From an uncultured Flavobacteriaceae bacterium (GTDB taxonomy: Bacteria > Bacteroidota > Bacteroidia > Flavobacteriales > Flavobacteriaceae): a DNA stretch of 25,829 bases. Made by a program: the position numbers and the translations under genes. Shown here one piece after another: positions 18,187-25,829 of the stretch. The DNA lies in contig CAZSBI010000099.1 of assembly GCA_964604735.1 (NCBI GenBank), positions 1 to 25,829 on the forward strand. The letters run 5' to 3'. Numbering within the stretch: position 1 is the first letter of the stretch; each line of letters opens with the position of its first letter. The notes below the pieces were generated by a model. It was not told the origin of the DNA. It made no database searches and was given only the letters and a program-made list of their open reading frames with translations.

Positions 18187-19081
18187 ATCGACATACAAAT
18201 TACCCAATTTAGAACTTTTGGCAAAGCAATTGGTCGAAGGCACATTAGTGGGCTTGCACAAAAGTCCGTTTCACGGATATTCTGCCGAATTTTTAGAGCA
18301 TAAAATTTATACACCCGGTGAAAGTACCAAATTTATCGATTGGAAATTATTTGGCAAAACAGACAAACTCTACACCAAAAAGTTTGAAGACGAAACCAAT
18401 CTGCGCGCCCATTTTATCTTGGACAATTCTTCGTCAATGCATTATCCTGTTGTAAACAGTTTTGATGTGGACAAACTCAATAAAATTCAATTTTCGGTTT
18501 TGGCATCAGCCGGATTGATGGAAATACTCAAAAAACAACGAGACGCCATTGGTCTCAGTATCTATTCCGATGATTATGAGTTTTATGCCAACGAAAAAAA
18601 CAATCCGAAGCACCATCGTTTGTTGTTGCATCAATTAGAAAATGCTCTGAACGATAAAAGCCGTCAAAAAACGACTAAAACCTATCAATATTTGCACGAA
18701 ATTGCCGAAAATATCCACCGTCGCAGTTTGGTTGTATTGTTTACCGATTTGTGGGAAGTGCGTGAAAATAAAACTGAATTGTTTGAAGCGCTTCGTCATT
18801 TAAAATACAATAAACATCAAGTATTGTTATTTCATATCTACGATTATAAAACCGAATTTGCCTTCGATTTTGCCAACAAAGCCACCAAGTTTGTCGATAT
18901 AGAACACGGAACACAACTCAATATTTACCCTGAACAAATCAAAGAAAACTACGAAAAAGCAGTCGCCGATTATTTCCAAAAAATAAAAGAAACCTGCTAC
19001 CAATACAAAATTGATTATATACCTGCCGACATTCAACGCGGATTTAAACAGATTCTTGTACCTTTTTTATTGGCTCGATAG
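18170..19081 (+). CDS. DUF58 domain protein (VWA-like; normally the partner of a MoxR AAA+ ATPase in Bat-type operons)
   Basis: Block YTPGESTKFIDWKLFGKTDKLYTKKFEDE...FILDNSSSM matches the DUF58 pattern (Y.PGD..R.IDWK..AR.....VK.FEEE.....LD.S.SM). Its start overlaps the NTase gene end by 17 nt. Confidence 0.7.
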   Translation: MHKLNKSTYKLPNLELLAKQLVEGTLVGLHKSPFHGYSAEFLEHKIYTPGESTKFIDWKLFGKTDKLYTKKFEDETNLRAHFILDNSSSMHYPVVNSFDVDKLNKIQFSVLASAGLMEILKKQRDAIGLSIYSDDYEFYANEKNNPKHHRLLLHQLENALNDKSRQKTTKTYQYLHEIAENIHRRSLVVLFTDLWEVRENKTELFEALRHLKYNKHQVLLFHIYDYKTEFAFDFANKATKFVDIEHGTQLNIYPEQIKENYEKAVADYFQKIKETCYQYKIDYIPADIQRGFKQILVPFLLAR

Positions 19082-19093
19082 GATTTGTAAAAT

Positions 19094-19846
19094 TTATTTT
19101 ATCACACGAATATCATCCGTCAACAACCAAGCTTTTTTGCCATTGGCAAGTTTAACTAAGTACCAATCTCCTTCCTTTTCTAACACTTTTACTTTACTGC
19201 CTTCGTGCAACGTGACAATTTTTTCGGAACTAAGATTTGGTTCTGTCATCAAGTTGGTTTTCGGATTAAAAACAATGGCATATTTTTCGTGTTGCAGTTG
19301 TCTTGCATAATTGGCATTATACCACGAAAACAGTAGTAGGAACAAGCTGACAAACATTCCGGCAAATGCCATTCGCTTGGTTGATATGTTTTTTGAAAAA
19401 AGAAATAATCCAAAAACAAATACCCCTGCAAATGCCCAGAAAATGCTAAGATATGCCCAAGTATTGTAGGCAAAAAATCGAGTTATTTTCTTTTTTTGTC
19501 GCAATAGAAAATTTTCGGGAACACGGTCAATTTTATCCATTTTAAGCTGATTTGCCAATTGTAAATTATAGGCAGTATCCTCATCATCCGGATTGATTAA
19601 CAGGGCTTTTTCATAATAATAAATCGATGGGGCAATACGATTGAGTTTATAATAAGAGTTTGCCAAATTATAATACAATTCTGCCGATTGCCGATCTGCT
19701 TCCAAAGCCTTTTCGTACTTTGTAACGGCTGTTTGATAGTCACCGTTTTTGTAGGCTTTATTGCCTTGACTAAACAACACTTCGGGACTTTGTGCCAAGC
19801 TAATTGAGCTTACAAACCATATAATCAGTATCAAAATATTTTTCAT
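19094..19846 (-). CDS. batE: BatE-like protein (TPR repeats + TM segments + C-terminal SH3b domain)
   Basis: Signal peptide, TPR-like YYNLANSYYKL...YYYEKALLINP, two TM helices and a C-terminal SH3-like segment (GSKVKVLEKEGDWYLVKLANGKKAWL). Immediately downstream of batD (3-nt gap). Confidence 0.65.
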   Translation of the reverse strand: MKNILILIIWFVSSISLAQSPEVLFSQGNKAYKNGDYQTAVTKYEKALEADRQSAELYYNLANSYYKLNRIAPSIYYYEKALLINPDDEDTAYNLQLANQLKMDKIDRVPENFLLRQKKKITRFFAYNTWAYLSIFWAFAGVFVFGLFLFSKNISTKRMAFAGMFVSLFLLLFSWYNANYARQLQHEKYAIVFNPKTNLMTEPNLSSEKIVTLHEGSKVKVLEKEGDWYLVKLANGKKAWLLTDDIRVIK

Positions 19847-19849
19847 AAC

Positions 19850-21631
19850 TTATTTTTTTTCAAATAATTGGTTCATTGCTTTTTCTGCTTCGATATAATC
19901 TTCTTCCATTTTGGTAGTGGTAGCAGGAGCGTAACGCGCCATATCGCACTTGTTCAGAATGGCAAAAAGTGCCTCTATTTTGTCTTCGGAAATACTTTTG
20001 TCTTGCAAAATTCGCTTGATGTTTTCTCTGCTTATTTCAGAAGTGTCAATTTTTAAATTAGCCTTTAAAAAGTTATGAAACGCTTTTTCTAAATTGGCAT
20101 AAAATGCTTTTTTATCGCCAATGGAATTTTTAGCGTCTTTTAAAAATTTCTGTGCCAAAGATTTCGATTTTTTTAGTTTTTCAAAATCTGCATCATAAAC
20201 TTTATTCGATTGATATTTATGATAAGCAAACAGTAAAAATGCCAATATAAACGGAATGCTCAGCAATATTTCAAAAGTCTTGCTGCCAAAAAAATCTTCG
20301 GTCTTTTTAGGTACAAACTCGGCTTTGTTTTTGATAAACCTAAAATCGTTTGCACTACTGTTATTATTGGTTGTTTTACTGATTGTTTGCCTTGTTGTCT
20401 GCGTATTTCCGTCGCCGGTTACAAACAGTACAATATCATTGGTTGTACGGATTTCGTAATTGTTTGTCTGGGGGTCGAAATAGACAAATCGCAAGCCGGG
20501 AATAATAAATTTTCCGGAGGTATTGGGTACAATTACATAACTTTCTTTGACCAATCCGCTGTTGCCCGAGTAAGTAGTTTGCAATTGCTCTTTGTGCTTG
20601 GGGTCAAACAATTCTAAACCTTCGGGGGTTTTAAGTTTGGGCAAATCGAATAGTTTAAAGTTTCCTTTTCCTCTTGCTATTACACTAATATTGACGGGGT
20701 CACCAACTTTGACTTGCGAGTTATCAATATTCACCTTGAAGCTGAAATTGCCTACGGCACCCGAGAAATCATCCGGTTTTTGTTTTTGCGGCAATTCTTT
20801 TACATTGAGTACTTTTTTAGAAGCCGTTACTCTGATTTTTTCCATCTGATATTCTTGCACACGCATAAAACCATAGTTGCGAATAACAGGTTTTCTTATC
20901 AACACATTCAAGGATAAAGGATTGATAGTCAGCTTGCCGGCGTGTTGCGGAAAAAGTAATTTTTTGTAAAGCACATAATAGGTATAATCTTTTCCGTTTA
21001 TAGTACCTTGATAAGGACCCGATACATTTTTATCGACGGTTTGTACCCAAAAACCATTCATTTTGGTTTCTTTGGCAATTTCGTAATTGGAAATATTTAA
21101 TTTGTCCGAAAAATATAAACGGTATGAAATGCCTACGGCTTCGTTTACATAAGGCTTTGTTTTGGTAGGCTCAGCCACTAAAAATATATCTGAATTTTTG
21201 CCCGATGTAGTAACCTTGTCATTATTATTTGACGAACTTGCAACTTTCTTCTTGCCCTTAACTACTTCTATTTGAATGGCTTGGGTTTCATAAGTTTTGT
21301 CACCTGCTTCAAATTTGGCTTTTCCAATGGTTAAAGTACCCGTTTTTTGAGGTTGTAAGTAATATGTATAACCGTAAATGATGGTTGTTTTGCCGTTATT
21401 GTTATAATATTCTTCCGAAGTGGAAGGTCCCATCGCTTTAAACCCTTCAAATTTTGGCGGTGTAAAGTTGTTGATATCGGCAGAGATACCACGAATGGAA
21501 ACATCAAAACGGACAACCATACGATCATCTGTTGTTAATGTTTTTTTAGACACACGCGCAGTAAATTTTACCTGTGCTTGTGTATTTAGCACAAATAATC
21601 CGATAAAAAATAAGAATAATATCCTTTTCAT
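19850..21631 (-). CDS. batD: BatD-like protein (oxygen-tolerance protein BatD family)
   Basis: Signal peptide, a large beta-rich extracytoplasmic region, a single TM near residue 450, and a cytoplasmic tail ending in ...ALFAILNKCDMARYAP, which is characteristic of BatD. Confidence 0.65.
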   Translation of the reverse strand: MKRILFLFFIGLFVLNTQAQVKFTARVSKKTLTTDDRMVVRFDVSIRGISADINNFTPPKFEGFKAMGPSTSEEYYNNNGKTTIIYGYTYYLQPQKTGTLTIGKAKFEAGDKTYETQAIQIEVVKGKKKVASSSNNNDKVTTSGKNSDIFLVAEPTKTKPYVNEAVGISYRLYFSDKLNISNYEIAKETKMNGFWVQTVDKNVSGPYQGTINGKDYTYYVLYKKLLFPQHAGKLTINPLSLNVLIRKPVIRNYGFMRVQEYQMEKIRVTASKKVLNVKELPQKQKPDDFSGAVGNFSFKVNIDNSQVKVGDPVNISVIARGKGNFKLFDLPKLKTPEGLELFDPKHKEQLQTTYSGNSGLVKESYVIVPNTSGKFIIPGLRFVYFDPQTNNYEIRTTNDIVLFVTGDGNTQTTRQTISKTTNNNSSANDFRFIKNKAEFVPKKTEDFFGSKTFEILLSIPFILAFLLFAYHKYQSNKVYDADFEKLKKSKSLAQKFLKDAKNSIGDKKAFYANLEKAFHNFLKANLKIDTSEISRENIKRILQDKSISEDKIEALFAILNKCDMARYAPATTTKMEEDYIEAEKAMNQLFEKK

Positions 21632-21796
21632 TGGTCAATTTTTCATTTAATAAAATTGCAAATTGTTTATACAAAAAACAAGCTTTCAAAATTAACACCT
21701 AAAACGGCTTTTGGTCAAGTATTTAACAAAAATTTATCATTCCCCGACATTTTTACAGTTTATATGGCACAAAAAGCAGCTAAAACTGACGAAAAG

Positions 21797-21916
21797 ACAT
21801 TGTTGGTTGTTAGCTGTTGGCTTTTGGCTTATCGGGACAGTGACCTACTTCGGTCTTCCAACTTCAAACGCACTTTGTCCTTTTCCCTCGTCCCTTTTCC
21901 CTTTGTCCCTTGTCCC
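21797..21916 (-). repeat. intergenic repeat element, copy B (inverted relative to copy A)
   Basis: Read on the minus strand it starts directly after the TonB-dependent receptor stop codon. It reads gggacaagggacaaagggaaaagggacgagggaaaagg..aaagtgcgtttgaag ttggaag accgaag taggtcactgtcccgataagccaaaagccaacagctaacaaccaacaa. It has the same core as copy A but only 3 GAAGNNN heptads and a degenerate CCAACAG array. Confidence 0.85.
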
Positions 21917-24118
21917 TCAAAATTTTATATGCAAAGTCAATATTACATTAGACCCCATATCGGAAATATTCTTATCTCTAAGTACCGACAAATGATTTAT
22001 ATAATTGACATTCAGCGCATTGTGAACAGAAACATTTGTTGTCATCTTAACTTTTCCTATGTTTATATTAGCGCCTAAACTTGCATTAAGCAAAGTATAA
22101 GCAGGCATTTGTTTTTCGAAACTACTGACTTTGTCTGCTGCAAATGTGTGATTAATTCCGAAATTGAGATAATATTTTTTGATATATTTATGCGGATGTC
22201 TATTGGTCAATCTAATTTGATTTTTCCATTGGTTTGCCGGAATTAAAGGCAGATAATTTGCGTTTTGCAACATACCTGTTACGGTTTCAAAACTCGAACT
22301 GATATGCAACCAATCTAAAGGATGCGGATGCAAATGCAAGCCTGCTTCTCCTCCATATAAGTAGGCATTATTTTGTTGATAGGCGTACACCGGCAGGCTA
22401 TTTAGCATTCTATTTTGTGGTTGCAAATAAATATAATTGTTAATACGATTGTAAAAAGAATTGACAAAAAACTCGAAATGTGTACTCTCATATTCCAAAT
22501 TGGCATCAAACTGTATGTTTTGCTCATTTTGCAAACGCTCATTTCCAATTTCAACTCTATTGCCATGTGCACCATTTGAGGTTAATTCGGCTAAATTGGG
22601 TGCTCTAAATCCACTGGCAATATTTAATCGCAAATGTGTTTTTTTGTTAATATCCGTTTTCATTCCCAAAGCGCCCGTAAAACTGCCAAGGTTTTTCTCA
22701 ACGGCTTTTCTAAAATACATTTCACCTTGTTTGCCTACTTGTTTTGTTGAAATATGTCTATAATCGTAACGCATACCTGCTTGCCAAACAGTTTGTTTTT
22801 TTTGATAATTAATCGTCGTAAAAAGACCTATATTTTGCACATTGGCATCGGGAAGTAAGTAATGCTTGCCAAAATTATTGTTGTTTTGCCACATCGCTTG
22901 CACCCCGATAATGCTTTCAAAATATTTTCTTTTGGGCAAATAATATTTTGTATCAAGATTTAAAGTGTTGAGTTGCATTCCGATTTTATCAACCCCTTCC
23001 CATTTTAGAATACGTTTATGCGCCGTAAATCCGATATTGGTTTTGATTTTAGAACGGTCTAATTTGAACTCATTTTTTAGACTGATATTATGATTTGTAA
23101 CATCTTGATATTTGTCAAGCATTGTATAGTCTGCTTCCATGTTTTTAGTAGCCAAAGGCAATCCGTTTTGGGCATAATTGTAATTGTATCGCAGGTCGGT
23201 AGTGCGTTTATCGGTCTTGTTTCCCAAAGCTAATTTTACATCGGTCGAACGGTATCGTGAGTTAAAAACTCTCTTATCATCCGGCACTTGATAATCAGCA
23301 TTTATATTGTAGGCTATTCGTGATAAAAATTGCCATTCTTTGCCCGATGTTTTTACACCTGCGGTAGCATGTGCGCCTTGCGTATTGCTAAAATATTGCA
23401 TTTTTACATCGGCTTTTGTCTTGTTTTTAGAAGCAAATTTTTCGGGTACCAAATAAACCACGCCGCCCAAAGCGTCGGAGCCATACAATAATGAGGCGGG
23501 ACCTTTAATTACCTCGACACCATTGATGCCCGAAGGCTCTAATCCCATACCGTGAGCTTCGCCAAATTGAAAATTTTCGAGTCGTACACCTTGATTGTAA
23601 ATCAGCACTCTATTGCCTGTTAATCCGCGAATTACCGGCTTGCTGATCCCCGCTCCGGTACTCAATTTTGAAACGCCTGCCACTTGCGAAATGCCGTCCA
23701 TTAAATTTTGCACGCCTGAGCGTTCCATTGCCGCTACGCTTTTATGACTCACTTTCATCACGTTGTCTTTTTGCAATTTGTTAAAAGCAGTCGAGATGAT
23801 TACCTCATCCATTTCAAAAACATTTTCGTGCATTTGAATTTGAAGCACTTTTACGTTCTGATTAAATTTTACGATTTTAACAATATCTTTATATCCAACA
23901 TAAGTGAAGCGAATTTCCACTTCGGATTTTGCAATATTTTTGATGGTAAAATTTCCATCAATATCGCTTACTGTTCCTTTGTTTATTTTAGGAATCAAAA
24001 TGTTGACTCCTGCTAATTTTTCATTTGATTTAGCATCGGTTACGACACCTTTAATTGTATGTTGCGCTTGTGTATTTATTGTAGTAGCTATAATGAATAG
24101 CCATAATAATTTTTTCAT
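21917..24118 (-). CDS. TonB-dependent outer-membrane receptor with N-terminal carboxypeptidase-regulatory-like domain
   Basis: Signal peptide. CarbopepD_reg-like block (GVVTDAKSNEKLAGVNILI...GTVSDIDGNFTI). Plug and 22-strand barrel-like alternating pattern. C-terminal aromatic residue (…LHIKF). Confidence 0.85.
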   Translation of the reverse strand: MKKLLWLFIIATTINTQAQHTIKGVVTDAKSNEKLAGVNILIPKINKGTVSDIDGNFTIKNIAKSEVEIRFTYVGYKDIVKIVKFNQNVKVLQIQMHENVFEMDEVIISTAFNKLQKDNVMKVSHKSVAAMERSGVQNLMDGISQVAGVSKLSTGAGISKPVIRGLTGNRVLIYNQGVRLENFQFGEAHGMGLEPSGINGVEVIKGPASLLYGSDALGGVVYLVPEKFASKNKTKADVKMQYFSNTQGAHATAGVKTSGKEWQFLSRIAYNINADYQVPDDKRVFNSRYRSTDVKLALGNKTDKRTTDLRYNYNYAQNGLPLATKNMEADYTMLDKYQDVTNHNISLKNEFKLDRSKIKTNIGFTAHKRILKWEGVDKIGMQLNTLNLDTKYYLPKRKYFESIIGVQAMWQNNNNFGKHYLLPDANVQNIGLFTTINYQKKQTVWQAGMRYDYRHISTKQVGKQGEMYFRKAVEKNLGSFTGALGMKTDINKKTHLRLNIASGFRAPNLAELTSNGAHGNRVEIGNERLQNEQNIQFDANLEYESTHFEFFVNSFYNRINNYIYLQPQNRMLNSLPVYAYQQNNAYLYGGEAGLHLHPHPLDWLHISSSFETVTGMLQNANYLPLIPANQWKNQIRLTNRHPHKYIKKYYLNFGINHTFAADKVSSFEKQMPAYTLLNASLGANINIGKVKMTTNVSVHNALNVNYINHLSVLRDKNISDMGSNVILTLHIKF

Positions 24119-24293
24119 TTTTTGTGTTTTAATTTAGTGCTAAAGCTGTTGATTTGTGGTGAATAAAATAATATCATTTTTATATTTGACAGTCGGTGAT
24201 TAAAGCCTTCAATTTTTTTTGACGGTATAAATCACGTTACTGCCTACAATGCCCAATAAAATCATTGAATTGTATAAAAATGACCGAAAATTT

Positions 24294-24644
24294 TCAGCTT
24301 AAAGGCGGAGCACGCAACGAAAAATGACGAAGAATTTTTGTAGAAACGACTTGCGGTAAGTCTATGGCAATTGTATAATATTGCCGGGGCAAATCAAGAT
24401 GAAAAATTTGCCCGTTAAACCAATACACATAATTTAATTGCTTATGCAAACTACCACAACTGTTATCAATTTTTTGAAATTGTGAGTGACTGCTGTGATA
24501 GAGCACACCATGATCATTGTCAAACAAGTGTTCGAGTTGCCAAATAGACGGCAATTGAATCAACGCCACAAAAAAGTAGGCAATAATAATATGTTTGGTT
24601 TTTGTTTGCAAGAAACTTAATTTTTCCGATGCAAAAATAAACAT
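24294..24644 (-). CDS. hypothetical His-rich small membrane-anchored protein
   Basis: 116-aa ORF with one N-terminal hydrophobic segment. Lies 175 bp upstream of the TonB-dependent receptor on the same strand. Only weak support. Confidence 0.3.
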   Translation of the reverse strand: MFIFASEKLSFLQTKTKHIIIAYFFVALIQLPSIWQLEHLFDNDHGVLYHSSHSQFQKIDNSCGSLHKQLNYVYWFNGQIFHLDLPRQYYTIAIDLPQVVSTKILRHFSLRAPPLS

Positions 24645-24858
24645 TTCTTGACTGAGTTTATGTTAGTTAAGTTACCAAGAGTGATATTTTATTTGAAATA
24701 GCTCACTTTATAAAAATTTATCAGATAAATGCCGAAAAGACAGCAAAAACAGACAAAAATGCAGTAAATATCAAAATAATTAGCCATTTTGACAGGTGTT
24801 TTCAATGGGTATGGTAGTTGAAGAACTATATGACGATAAACGACTAAAAATATAAAAT

Positions 24859-25829
24859 ATGAACTTAGATAAATTTACCATAAAATCGCAAGAAACCGTG
24901 CAAAAAGCGATGCAGATTGCCCAAGGATTGGGACATCCGCAAATAGAAAATGCACATATTATAAAAGCAATGCTTGAAGTAGATGAAAACGTAACACCGC
25001 ATATCTTAAAAAAAGTTGGGGTTGATGTTGAACTGTTCAAGCAAAGATTAAACGCAATTATTGAAAAAATGCCCAAACAACAAGGAGGCAATATTCAGTT
25101 GTCGCGTATGGCTTCAAAAAGCTTAACGGATGCTTTAAATAAAGCCGAAAAAATGAAAGATGACTACGTCAGTATTGAGCATCTTTTATTAGCTGTTTTT
25201 GATAGCGGCGATGATATTTCGCGCTTACTTAAAGAAATGGGTGTCAACAAAAAAGCCTTAGAAACTGCCATTCAGGAAATCAGGAAAGGTAGTAGCGTAA
25301 CCTCGCAAAGTCAGGAAGATACTTATCAGGCATTAGAAAAATATGCTATAAATTTGACCAAATTGGCTCGCGAAGGAAAAATGGATCCTGTTATTGGACG
25401 CGACCGTGAAATTCGTCGTATTTTACAAATCCTATCAAGACGCACCAAAAACAATCCGATATTGGTAGGCGAACCGGGTACCGGAAAAACAGCCATTGTC
25501 GAAGGACTAGCGCACCGAATAGCCAAAGGTGACGTGCCCGAAAATTTAAAGGATAAACAAATTTATTCCTTAGATATGGGTGCGCTTATGGCAGGTGCCA
25601 AATACAAAGGCGAGTTTGAAGAACGCTTAAAATCAGTTATCAACGAAGTAAAAAAAGCCGAAGGTGATATCATTTTATTTATTGACGAAATTCACACTTT
25701 GGTAGGCGCCGGCGGTGGTCAAGGTGCTATGGATGCCGCCAATATTTTAAAACCCGCCTTGGCACGTGGCGAACTCAGAACCATTGGTGCTACAACTTTG
25801 GATGAGTATCAAAAACATTTTGAAAAAGA
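24859..25829 (+). CDS. clpB: ClpB chaperone (AAA+ disaggregase), 3'-partial
   Basis: Clp N-domain repeats, then Walker [25 protein letters not shown], Walker B ILFIDEIH and GATTLDEY. The frame runs to the end of the window. Confidence 0.95.
   Translation, partial: MNLDKFTIKSQETVQKAMQIAQGLGHPQIENAHIIKAMLEVDENVTPHILKKVGVDVELFKQRLNAIIEKMPKQQGGNIQLSRMASKSLTDALNKAEKMKDDYVSIEHLLLAVFDSGDDISRLLKEMGVNKKALETAIQEIRKGSSVTSQSQEDTYQALEKYAINLTKLAREGKMDPVIGRDREIRRILQILSRRTKNNPILVGEPGTGKTAIVEGLAHRIAKGDVPENLKDKQIYSLDMGALMAGAKYKGEFEERLKSVINEVKKAEGDIILFIDEIHTLVGAGGGQGAMDAANILKPALARGELRTIGATTLDEYQKHFEK

Noticed and set aside
20256-20917. Chain of small plus-strand ORFs inside batD
   Set aside because: Antisense to the BatD gene, with no independent support.
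16181-21916. Invertible-promoter/shufflon type switch
   Set aside because: The inverted repeats are about 120 bp or more, far longer than typical Bacteroidota invertible-promoter IRs. The segment is 5.7 kb of genes, and no serine or tyrosine recombinase is nearby. It is kept only as a general recombination hypothesis in the findings.
24780-25526. Minus-strand ORFs (103 and 66 aa) near or within clpB
   Set aside because: They overlap the clpB 5' region and promoter, and clpB is unambiguous.

Overview
This is a low-GC, gene-dense window of about 26 kb that looks like a Bacteroidota (Flavobacteriia-type) chromosome. Three things point that way. There is a T9SS C-terminal sorting domain, there are BatD/BatE aerotolerance genes, and several TAnnTTTG -7 promoter boxes are present.

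Genes in order along the window:
- 5'-partial di-haem cytochrome c peroxidase (lipoprotein)
- T9SS-secreted protein with a class-I glutamine-amidotransferase-like domain
- NfeD/YqiJ plus flotillin (SPFH) operon
- membrane protein with LAS/M15-like zinc-peptidase motifs
- SAM methyltransferase fused to a Trm112-like zinc ribbon
- secreted M1 aminopeptidase
- convergent 214-aa hypothetical with a possible PD-(D/E)xK signature
- M13 (PepO/neprilysin) lipoprotein endopeptidase
- amidinotransferase/DDAH-superfamily enzyme
- 786-aa lipoprotein of unknown function
- small membrane protein followed by a GT2 glycosyltransferase
- a compact four-gene operon: CstII/MptE-like (DUF115/GT42-like) protein, a 91-aa protein, a minimal AbiEii-family nucleotidyltransferase and a DUF58 (VWA-like) protein
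- convergent BatD and BatE with no BatA/B/C or MoxR nearby
- a TonB-dependent receptor
- 5'-part of ClpB

The most unusual feature is a pair of GC/purine-rich inverted repeats of about 120-170 bp, roughly 85% identical. One lies at 16181-16352 and the other at 21797-21916. Each starts directly after the stop codon of an upstream gene (GT2 and the TonB receptor). Each is built from 7-bp-periodic units (GAAGNNN arrays and CCAACAG x3). Together they bracket the 5.7-kb segment that holds the NTase/DUF58 operon and the orphan BatD-BatE genes.

No rRNA, tRNA, CRISPR array, integrase or transposase was recognised.
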